In this document: positions 52,706 through 64,000 of the stretch, one piece after another
How the letters are laid out: every line of letters starts with the position of its first letter
Numbering within the stretch: position 1 is the first letter of the stretch
The notes under the pieces: model-generated
The model's database searches: none
Told to the model about the DNA's origin: nothing
The model's input: the letters and a program-made list of their open reading frames with translations, nothing else
Translations under genes and position numbers: made by a program
Assembly (NCBI RefSeq): GCF_001194135.2
Contig: NC_068989.1
Span: 38,746,026-38,810,025, forward strand
DNA from: Octopus bimaculoides
Lineage: Eukaryota
Length of the DNA: 64,000 bases
Direction: 5' to 3'

Positions 52706-54153
52706 GCATCTCCATTTCAAATATGAACAATAGTTTAAATTGAATTTATTGCCAATTGTGGTGTTCATGATTTTCTCTGTCATTCATTGTACTAATGAAA
52801 TGACTTTAACATAAAATCAAAATAATAGACCAGGCTGGCTCTAAATATGTGTCTAGTTATCCCATTTCATAGCAACTCATTTGAGACTGCTCTTAATTCT
52901 ATGATACAAACTTTTTGTTTTGAAGAGATGTAAATTAAACCTTCCATGAAAATTTCATGTTAATTTATGTTTGAAATGAACTTAATAAGATTAAAGTTAT
53001 TTTCAAAATTGTTTGAAACATGTATTTCAACACAAATATGGTTACATAAGGGTTAAACAGTTACTTTTCTATAAATAAACATGTAAGTATCATTATATGT
53101 TTAATAGTGACATTTCATAAAAGGGGTTAGCAAATTGAGCATAAAATAAACTGTTAATTTGAGGACAGCAAAAGCATCTAACCTCTTGAACATCAACCTT
53201 TTTCAAGAGCTAAAAGCACAATGTTTGAAACAAAAGACATTTTCATCCTTGTATGATGCTGTAACATGTCCCATGTTTTGGCCTAATTCATTCTGTCTAA
53301 TTAAAATTCTTGACCTTTGTATTTTCAACTCACTTTGTAGAAGAAAACTCTGCTGTAACTCTGTAAAAAAACATTGATCTCTTTTACACCTGTAAAGAAC
53401 AAGCGGTAGTGAAATGTTAGATGCAATCATTTAAACCATTTTTGTTTTAGCTGTATTATTTTGCAAGACAAAACAAATTCTCATTTTGCAAAATTCACTT
53501 TCTACTTAGCTTGATGTTGTCTATGAACAGAGAAATATTTTACTGTTAGCTGTTAGTTTACTAGTCCTTGCCACCCAATCATTTTACCAAAAGCATTAGT
53601 AGGAAATCTCCATTGAGTTTAGATAGCTCTTTAATATTATGTTTTATGTTCTTCTTCCTTCTCATGCGAGCATGGAAGGCAGTCGTTAAACAATGATGAT
53701 GATGAGTACAACCTCTTGCATGATCAGGTTGTCAGCAACTAAACTGGGATTCCTGCAAGGCTTACCTGGTGAGGAGGGCTGCTAGAAACCCAGCAAGACT
53801 AAAAGCAAGATCTGTCAAAAGAATTGATGAACTTGGTGTAGGTTTAACAACTATCTAGTAATAGCATGGGCTTTCAGAATAGCTGGATTGGTGTCCAGCA
53901 AGCTGGAATACCATTGGGAGTGAAGCACCACTTAGGTTTTGTTAAAGCATGACTGGATGAGAAGGTCACTCTAATATAAAACCAGATATGTAAGGAATAG
54001 CATTGATCATTTTGGGGATCTTTTTCTTGTGCTTGAGATCATGGTGCTCCCACATTCCTGAGTTTGCAACCCATATTAGCACTAGATATCTCGCCCTGGT
54101 TTGTATCTTGTTTATGTAAGATATGTGCATGCATATATATGTACATATATATA

Positions 54154-54199
<46 letters not shown>

Positions 54200-55733
54200 T
54201 ATATACACACACATAGATAGATAGACAGATATACATTGACAGACAGTCGGATTGATCGATCAGTTGATTGATCTCTGTCAAACAATCATAAACATGTACA
54301 GTTCTGAAGTCAAATACATTGTTTTACTGCGAGGAAGATGAAAAGTCTGAACATTTGAAGCTGAACCTTCATCAGAGAGGAGGGTTTTCTGATGGATTTA
54401 TTAACTAGAACTCTATTTATTCAGTACTATCAGAGAGTGCCACTTTCCAATGAAGGATTTTACCAAAAGGTATAAACTTTTCCTCTTTGTCACGCCCAAC
54501 CATCGTATTCCACCTTAGAATAATGTATACTGGTTAATTACAATGCAGACTATTATTTTTTTTTCTCAGATTCTACAACCTATTTAGTTACATACTTATT
54601 TTGTCATGCCAAAATTTTCTGCTAGTATAGATTAAGCGAATGATGATGTTTCAAAACCAAACTGTGTTCTGTTTTATTTAAGGCATAGTATCATCTACTG
54701 AAGGAAGAATTGAGCATAATTGTTCTTAATTCTAACTTTCATGAACCACAAATATTTACTGGGTTGAAGGTTAGTTCCAGTTTCGGTAAGATTATGTGCC
54801 TGTTGCTAATATTATATTTTACACCTCTAAGAGCTCTGAAACATTATATATCACAAGAGAGCCACAATATAGTTACTCACCCTCCTAGAAAAAATGCCTA
54901 ATTCCCAATTCTTTCAAATCACATCCTGCCCTCTTTAAGAAGGAAAAACACATTAGATAATGTAGTCACAGTTGTATAAAATGATGGAAAAGCTGTCTCA
55001 AATACTCTTGATCAGAAGTCTGCCAGAATCAGAGATGATTTAGGGTTAAACAACAATAACAGTAACAACAAAATACCTTAAAAGTGGTGAGTCAAAATAT
55101 CATAAGACTACACTCAAAATGTATGAGAGAGTGTTGTACTTTGAAATTTTATAAAACTAAGCACTGTCATAAAGTAAAAGCAGCATGAATTAATGTTGCA
55201 GGCCCAGTAACTTTAATTAAATAAGACTATACCCATTTCACAGAAAGTTAAGCTGTGGACAATGTTTAAATCAACCAAAGGCAAGAGCAACAGTTCAAAA
55301 TCAAAACAAAGAAAATTTTAATGTGTTGATGCACCAAAGTCTCAGTTAATTAAAAGCGGAATAAGCAATGTAAAGAGATGAAGAATAATCTCTTTGCTCA
55401 TTGACAGACACAGTGACAACTCTGAAAATATTTGGTCTTATTACACCTCCTGTCTAAAGTTGATTGGAAAATAAATCGATCAGAATAAATAAAAAACATA
55501 ACTGTTTTAGGTTAATAGTTATATCAATCTTTAGTGCCGAGTTCACTATGAAGTTGAAGAAAAACGAGTCATCACTGGATGTACAAGACAGTCAAAGATT
55601 TCAAAATTATTGTCCATGGTTTTACACTTCTGACAATTACTTTGAAATTTTCTGTCTGTTATTGCTTTGACTACCGATATTATGAGGTGTTTAAAAATAC
55701 GACACTGTTTTTTATGATTATGGGGTTAGAAGA

Positions 55734-55778
<45 letters not shown>

Positions 55779-56290
55779 CTCTTGCAATGAATCACATGAT
55801 ATAATAATTTCTTTTGGGGGAAGAAAATATAATTTGTGTAAGTACATGTGTAAATATTTGCATATGTTTTACAAGTATGTTTATAGACACTACAACGGGA
55901 TGTTTGCAAATACTTCTATGATGGACTTCATAAACCAACATTTACTTTTCTTCGAAAATTGGTACATTTCCAAGTAGTCTGAAATGGTTATAAATAATTG
56001 TACTCCTTTGACAAGTTAATGGTAGAAATATGCTTTGTAGTAGAATAACATATAAACACTACCTCCAAAGACACTGATGTAAATAAAAATAGTTAATATG
56101 TGTATGTATGTTTATACATACTTACATATGTGTGTGTGTGTATGTATATATTCATACATGCATACATAAGTATTATATATACATAAATACTTGTATACAT
56201 CTGTTTATATGTACATATGTTTAAGAATATATATGTATTTATACACATATTATGATTATACACTTATGTATATGCACACATGCGCACACG

Positions 56291-56326
<36 letters not shown>

Positions 56327-59300
56327 ATTGTGTTTATTTATTATTTTAACATTAACTTTAACTTTTATCAGTTAGAAATGCTGAAAAGCTTTTTTCTGTT
56401 ATTTATGTTTCACACTAAAATTTTGTGTCTATTGAATAAAATTCAGACATCAATATTGCCTTTAACTTCATTAAAAAAAAAGAAAAAATACAATTAAAAT
56501 ATAAGGAATAATTAAATAAACTGTAAGAAATAAACAGAATTAAGAGAAACAATAAATTGAATAATTTTAAAAAGAAATAATATTCTTTAAAAAAAAACAT
56601 AAATGAACAGTAACAAAAGCAATAATGGGAAATGTTTTTACTGATAGAAGCAGTTAATAGTATTGCCATTTAAGTAGAGATAGGCTCTTGGCAATCTGTC
56701 TACAACCTATTTATCATAATCTTCAACATTTTTATGTCTATTTTTCCATGCTGCTATGGGCTGGATATAATCTGCTGCACAGCATATTGACAATCATCTT
56801 AGTCTTCTGTGAGGTCCAACATTCTGAAATTTAACTGCATCATGTCTTCTTATGTCTTCTCCCATCAGATAAATAAGGGACTTATTGTCTTGACCCTTAG
56901 GTACTGCAAGTAGAATCAATTCTGTTACATAAATCTTGATCAAGTCCCTAGTCTGGTGATAATTTCTTTCCTCTCTCTCACTGATCTCTGAGATTTTGAA
57001 AAAGAATTATAGGCACTACTCTATTTCTTTTGTCTAAAAATGGGTAGGCAAAGTGTTAGTGTTAAATGTAACCATAGATTAAGTCAGATTACTTCGTGTC
57101 TGTAGCTAAAGCTTTTCAGAAATACATTAATGTCACAATATCCATTTCCCCACCATTTGAAGACGTTGATAACTTGTTAAAGGGGTGAAGATATGATGAC
57201 ATAATTAAGAAATGCACTTTGAAATTACATGCATTTGTGTTTAATTGTTCTACACTACACATCGGGTTTTTACTGTCATACTTTCAGTTCTTTGTGTCAG
57301 TGATATCTGGTAAATGGAAACTGTTTGGAAACTTGTTATAAAGACCAGTCCTTATTTTAGTGTGAAATATATTTATTACCTGCTTTAGCATGACTGCCTG
57401 GCTTGTAAATGCCTTTCCAATGTCTTCTGTTCTATTGCAAGATTGAAGTTAGGTGTCAGGTCTGAACATAACTTCCTTTCTTCCTGCAATCAGTGTTATA
57501 CACCTTGAAAAAAGGGTCACGGCCACAGCTTCCCTTTCATGAGATGTAAAAATATTGAGAATGTATTTTTTACTGTGTTAATGAAAATACATAAGAACAA
57601 AATGTGGCATATATGGGATTGGCTTAATGCTTGAAAGAGTATTGAAAGTGAACATGGAGTACTACAACATTTATGAGGTTAGTCCTTCTTCATAAAGTAA
57701 AAGAGAAACATGGGGAGGAAGAAAGAATTTGTGGTTTCTCTTAATTCTGTTTATTTCTTACAATTCATTTAATTATTCCTTATGCTTTAATTGTATGCTA
57801 GTCATTCTTCTCAAAGCAAAGAAAAAATATGGGGAAGAAGAGAGAAGTGATGTGCACAGAACAATTCTGAAAAATATAAAAAAATGAAAGACAGGAAAGG
57901 GGAAGAGTTCAAAGTTGAGGAGGATATCAGTCTAAGAGGAAGAGTCAAGAAGTTATGTGCAATGAGAGTGTAGATGCAATCTATCAGACATAAATATCTT
58001 TTATTAACAATATAACAACTGTATTGATAGTACTATTAACAATCATAAAATCATAATATACAAGAACAGTTTTAATGATATTGATATGAAATAATAATGA
58101 TGAGTAACAACAGGTTCAAAAACTAAGAAACAAACAATACAGATGAATGACAAGGGAAATATATAACAAAAACTAAGGTCCGAAAAGATAAGATCTGTAT
58201 TTAGTTGTGGTGGCTCAAAAGATCATTTAGCATAGAGTTTATTGAAAAGTTTTGGAAATGTGAAATTAAATCAGATATCTTAGTGTGAAGATGATCAAAT
58301 GAATGTTTATGATGTTGGAGTGAGGGTAGTGGCAGAAATCTAGAGAATGAAAGTTTAAACATGTCAATAAAATGACTGAAAGTAGTAGGTGAGAGTGGGA
58401 AGAGAGAAGAAAGAAAAGTTTATACTTGATGGATAACATGTGAAAAAGAAATCATGTGTATATACTCGTCTACGTGTGGTTATGTATATGAATACACACA
58501 CACATACAAATGCATAAGTAGCCTGTATATGAAAGTACAAACTTGCTTTCAAAGAGTATGACATCTCTGCCTTTTGATCCCACCTGTGCATTAGATGTGC
58601 ATTTTGATGTACTGTGCTTGAAGTTCTATGTCAGCATGGAACATGGGCATTAAAAGATGATGATGATAATAAGATCTGTTATAATAATATAACCATTATT
58701 AGATTCTAGAGCTTCAAAGAGTAGATCCTTACAGATGGTAGAGTAGACCCTCACAATATCAAATGAAACAAATCTACAGTTGATTTTGCTTTTGATATTG
58801 TTTACCTGCTTAATGGTGGCACTACTGCAGTTCCATTTTTTAAGGTATTTTTTTGCCTGATCCTAAAATTTGAAATCTCAAGTAAATTTTTGCTGACTAT
58901 GCCACTTTTTATTGGATTGAACAGTGTATATTTATGGTCCCCTAAGGAGTGACTTTCCAATAATTACTGTACACTTTACAAAAGGTGTCACCACCATTTG
59001 ACTTCCATCTTTGAGGTTATCAGAAAACTAAATACTCAACCAATCTGTTACATTAACTTTCTCTTGTTACATAAATGGTTGACTTTGTCTTAGATCTTTT
59101 TATGAAATCAAGGTTAACACTTAATCCAGATAATAAACTGTCTTTTTTAAGAGGCTTTATGAAGAAATTTCTTTCTCTGAAGGTTAAAGAGGTTCTGAAT
59201 TTCTAAGCTGAATTTCATTTCTCTGAATTTCTATGTATAAAAGTGTTCTTTTATGCATCATAGAATAGATAGCTTATTTGATTATCTTTAATTTTATTTT

Positions 59301-59639
59301 TTGTAATTCTATGATATTGAACACATCATTGACTTAATTTTAAGAGCAAATAGAGATTATATGTAAAAAGGGCTCCATAAAACTTAAATCTTAAATGATA
59401 GTAATTGACAAGGAATATTTGCAGCAAAGTTGTGAAAGTGTAAAGAAGTGGGTGGGGATAACCACTTCAGCCTCCCATAATATAATATCATTCCAGTAGT
59501 TTTTAAAGATATGATGTAAAGGATTCACATAAGTTTCTTACTAGCACTTTAACCATTGTTATTGATGATTGTTGTTTTATTTCTTTTAGCATTATTAGTT
59601 GTTACTCTGACAAAGTTTATTTTCAAAACATTAAGGCAC

Positions 59640-60000
59640 AAACAGGTATGGATGTATAGTTAAGACTTTCACTTGTCAATAGTGTGGTTTTGGGATCAGT
59701 TCCACTGTGTAATACCTTCGGTTTCTATAACAGATCTGGGTTGATCAATGCTTAGTGATGGAATTTATCTGAAGGAAAGTTGATGGAATTTAGTTGATGG
59801 AATTTAGTTGATAGAAAGAAGCCCATCATACACATGCATACACATAAGTATGTTTATATGTGCACATATTGTGTGGGTATGTGTGTGTTTGTCTGTCTCT
59901 CAATATTTTGACATTGTGTGATAGTTATAAATAAGTATCATGATCAACCAAGTGGTGTCTCACATTTCCAGTCTTTGTGAAAACATGTCTGGACATGAGA
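59640..60000 (+). mobile_element. Degenerate tRNA-derived SINE; an opposite-strand SINE fragment follows at about 60,010-60,180
   Basis: caggtatggatgtatagttaagac...gggatcagttccactgtg head and body like the 38,340 copy. Confidence 0.55.
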
Positions 60001-60931
60001 AATATTGATTTCAAATTTTGGCATAAGGCCAACAATTTTGGGGGAGAGGTAAGCTGATTACATCGACCCTAGTATTCATCTCGTACTTATTTTATTGACC
60101 CTGAAAGGACGAAAGGCTAAGTTGACCCTGGCAGCATTCGAAATCAGAATATAAAGTTGGAAGAAATGCAGCTAAATAGTTTTCTGGTGCAGTTATGATT
60201 TATCAGATTACTGCTTTTGCCATGAGAAATATTAACTTGCTTGGAAACAGTTGAAGTTTAGCAACAATAAGCATATCCAGCCATAGAATATTTGATCCAA
60301 TGAATTCTGTTTGACCTATGGAAGCATGATAAAAAGTGGGTATTAAATTGATGATGACGATGATGACATGGCTTATTTTGCAGGATTTCATAAAGAAAAA
60401 GAAAAAGAAAACCAGTTGACCCTGGAGTTGAGTCTGCATCTAGAAAGCTTCTTTCCTCAATTATTTCCTGTTATGTTTGTTAGTACTAGTTACTCACTAG
60501 ACTGTTGAAAGAACTAACTGACTGGAAGAATAACTTTGGAAGTTCCTTTTTTTTTCTTCTTTCTTTTGACTCTTTATCCACTCAAAGATAACAGATTTTG
60601 GAAGAGTAGTTTATGAATATCTTGAAACTGAATTGATTTAATTTTTCATTCCAAAAATAGGTAATTATGTACCAAGCAGAAGAAAATCCTTATGTTCAAC
60701 TTTTACTGTTTACCTATCATGTATTTCATTGTATCTTTTCATCATTAGCTTTTCATGCAGCTTTAGTGACCGATGTTTAATATTTTACATTTAAACTGTA
60801 TTTGAATCTTTTTGCAAGTTGAGATTGGTGCTGTAGGAAAATTTAGATATTTTCTCATTTATGTTCTTATTTAGATATTCAGCACCAAGTGTGTATTCTA
60901 TAGTCTTGGAAATTCCAAGATATAAAGAAAC

Positions 60932-60983
<52 letters not shown>

Positions 60984-62184
60984 GTGGAGTGTGTATGGCT
61001 TAGCTGGTAGTCACATCAGGAAATGTTGAAGTAACTTTTCTTGATGTGGATTAAGGTGTTTTTCCCCACCTAAATTGTAGATATTAATGCAGAAGTTCTC
61101 AAAAATGGTGGTGATTGTGTTTTGGTTACAAAATTACTAGGTCTTATCAACACAAGTTTGAGTGTTTGGTCTGAGTTTGAGGTGCTGTTGTTGGGAGCTG
61201 ATGATCATTGTTGTCTTTAGCTTTATCTTATCTGTTCGGTATCCACTGTTAATACCTAGGAAGGTATATACCTCTTTCCTTTTTTATCTTTATCATGTTT
61301 GCCGTTTCATTCCAGAGTATTTGTGTGTGAATAAACAGCTTTCATTGATACACTCCCTCTTTTTCCTGACAGAAAAATAATGGAGTTTAGTTGCTGCTTA
61401 TGTAGATTATGTACAGATAATAGCTGTGTTAGGCTTTTACAGTTGGCTATATTATTTGGGAGATCTGGTTGCTAAATGTCTTTATTTTCTGTCGCTGGAA
61501 TTATTCACTGCTTGCATGTCCACTGAGATGTTTTTCTGTATTGTACTTTCTATATCATTATCTCAGATTGTATGGCAACTGAATCAGTAACCAATGCATC
61601 TATCCCAGAGGTTTGATGGTTGAAATGACAGGAATGATTGGAGTATAAAGCCAAAGTAGTCATTCATCATTTTTGTTGATAAGCAGTAGGTTTTGTGGGC
61701 TATTTTCAGGTGTTTATATTTTACTGATTTAACTTGTAGGATATCATCCATGATGAGGCACCTACTTCATGGATTTTAGTTTATCATATTGATACCAGTT
61801 CATTTTTCAATCCAGTACTTATTTTATTAATCTCTGTTTCACAGACTATGAAGTTATCAGACTTAGACAGATGCAACATAAGAGTAGTATGAACATTATC
61901 CCCACAACCACACACACACACACACACACATTCACCTCACTCACACATACATATAGACAGATGGAGACATGCAAGATGGGTTTGTCCAGTTTTCAATAAC
62001 CCATTCTATCGAGAAGGTATTGGTCAGTCCCTGATTAAATTAGAAGCCACAAAGTTCTAAATGGGGGATTAAACATATTTTACCATATGCAAGAATTTTT
62101 CCTCAGCAAACTGCAGTGAAATTGTCTTTAGAAGTTAAGATTAGTCACTGACATATATGAACTAAAGTTTATATGTATTTAAGT

Positions 62185-62216
<32 letters not shown>

Positions 62217-63429
62217 ATCAGTATATACACACACACACATACACACACACACACACACACGCACATATGCATATACACGTATATATAGGTACACGCACGC
62301 ACACACACACACACACACACACCTACTAATATATATATGCATATAATCTCTGTTCAGCTGCATTCAAACAAGTTGGTAAACACTAATAAAGGCGTCTTGT
62401 CATGATAGCATTTTAGCCAAGTTTGAATTCAAGCTAAATTGGTTAATACATCAGCACCATATTTAGATATTTAGTCATCTCAGTTATTTAACTCTGTGAT
62501 CTAATCAACGATAAAAGTAGAGAGACAAATTGATAATATACATGAGCTTAGATAATAGATTTCTCTCACAGCGATTGAATTGACTTCCTTAGGCAATGCA
62601 CATAAATTGGCCTATCTCAATAGAAATATATTTTACAACCTAATAAGTCGCAGTCATTATTTATTCTGTAAGATTTTGAAATTTTGTTGCTGTAAGAACA
62701 TCACATTTTATCACACACATATTTATTAACATCTATGGTGAAATGAAATTAAAAAGAAGAGGTTTATATGTTTCAGATGCAACTGAGTTAATATCATAGT
62801 GATACTGGGAATGAGTTATGATCTAATACTTTTGGTGGTGTTTTCTGTGTTGTTACCAAAGCCTGACATATTTAAAATAGATGTAATAAGATGAATGTGA
62901 GTTTAAGACAATATTATCCAAGGTGTCCTTCGTTTTTAAGACAGTAAGATGTAATTTAAAGATTCTGAGATTATTTCTAGCACTCTGAATAACCATGACT
63001 TAAATATATATGAAAATTATGTGCTTGTGCATTGTGAATGTGAGCTTCTAAACATTAATGATTTCTTAACTGAATGCTAATATAATTTAGTTAATAATAT
63101 AGGTTGTCTATTTTCCATATTGCATAAGTGATGTAACAATCACAGTCATTTGAGAGAATAAAGTGCAGGTGCTTTAGAAAACTTCCAGTGATTTAAGCTT
63201 GTCATTTACAATTGTAGTAATTATTCTCTATGGAGCCTTTGCTCTTATATCCTGTTTGGTGTAAGGAGACCATATGAAATAGAAAGAATTCAGATGGGTC
63301 TGCAGAAAAATAGAGGTGAGAATCTGGAGTGACTGAAAGGAAGATCTTGCAGTCTAAAATACACTTTGTAAGCCATTTTATTATTCTCATGTCTTTTTTC
63401 TAGATTAAGTTATTGTCAACCCTGATTTT

Positions 63430-64000
63430 GTTGGATGTCATGAAAGGATTTTTAAAAGAAGAAATTGATATTTAGCCCCATTTTGTTCACCAAAAGGGGT
63501 TAATCATAGTATGTTAGTTACCTCACAGAACTACAGCACAGAGATCGATTGGTTTTGTATATCTTTAATGCCTCTCGGCGCTTAATCCCTGATAACATTT
63601 TGGTAGTTTGAGAGGATTCTATTGATGTACGAGACAAGTTTCTCATACATCAATAAAATGTTATAGTTAAATCTATCAAAGGCTTTGCTTAAGACATGTA
63701 TGTGGCATCAATATTTGATGTCATATTTGCATCTTCAAAGTACTGTAGAATAGTGTTAGAAAGTTTCTGCCATATTGAAATCCATGCTACTTTGGATTTG
63801 TGCTTTATCGTTGTTCTCTAGTAAAGTAAAAGACTCTTAACCTCTATACTCCAGTATTTTCATCATATGAAACATCTGTTTATGGTTTCTTTATGTGGAG
63901 AAGTATGTGTCAGGTATATAGTATGGTGACTGATCAGAGATCAGAGTTCTTGGTGCAGTCATTAGTTGGTACTGACTTCAAGATAAGACAGCAAATTTAT
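63430..64000 (-). mobile_element. Old CR1/L2-type LINE RT remnant
   Basis: Minus remnants HGFQYGRNFLT and IDATY..LSKAFDRFNYNILL resemble RT domains 2-3 (QHGFR.GRS..DFSKAFD.V.H). Confidence 0.55.

Noticed and set aside
54345-54385. Minus-strand CTGATGA-agg..ctt-CAAAT
   Set aside because: GAAAC mutated to CAAAT; decayed relic only.
55464-55977. ORFs in a locally CpG-richer stretch
   Set aside because: No recognisable protein, no consistent splice structure, and one ORF runs through (TA)n.

Overview
AT-rich, microsatellite-dense animal DNA from a draft assembly with 8 N-gaps. The repeat repertoire (tRNA SINEs, RTE LINE 3' ends with (GAT)n tails, Penelope-like elements, Tc1/mariner relics) looks like a cephalopod, probably Octopus; this is inferred from repeat motifs, not from a database search. 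I could not identify any host protein-coding gene with confidence. Most ORFs in the track are artefacts of (CA)n/(TA)n repeats or N-gaps, and the recognisable ones are decayed transposon proteins: maT-, mariner- and rosa-type transposases, RTE RT, two different Penelope-like (PLE) ORFs, an R4-type RLE LINE and a CR1/L2-type RT. The standout is at 46,913-47,330: a non-coding 358-bp unit with 60-bp terminal redundancy. It carries an intact type I hammerhead ribozyme core (47,120-47,164) at the tip of a long rod-like fold, which is the architecture of a non-LTR retrozyme that makes circular RNA. Also notable are a 5S rRNA head fused to an RTE tail (possible SINE3), a Helitron-like insert with an unexpected 8-bp flanking repeat inside a poly-Asn PLE ORF, and a 69-nt near-perfect hairpin. 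Most element boundaries are approximate, read by eye.
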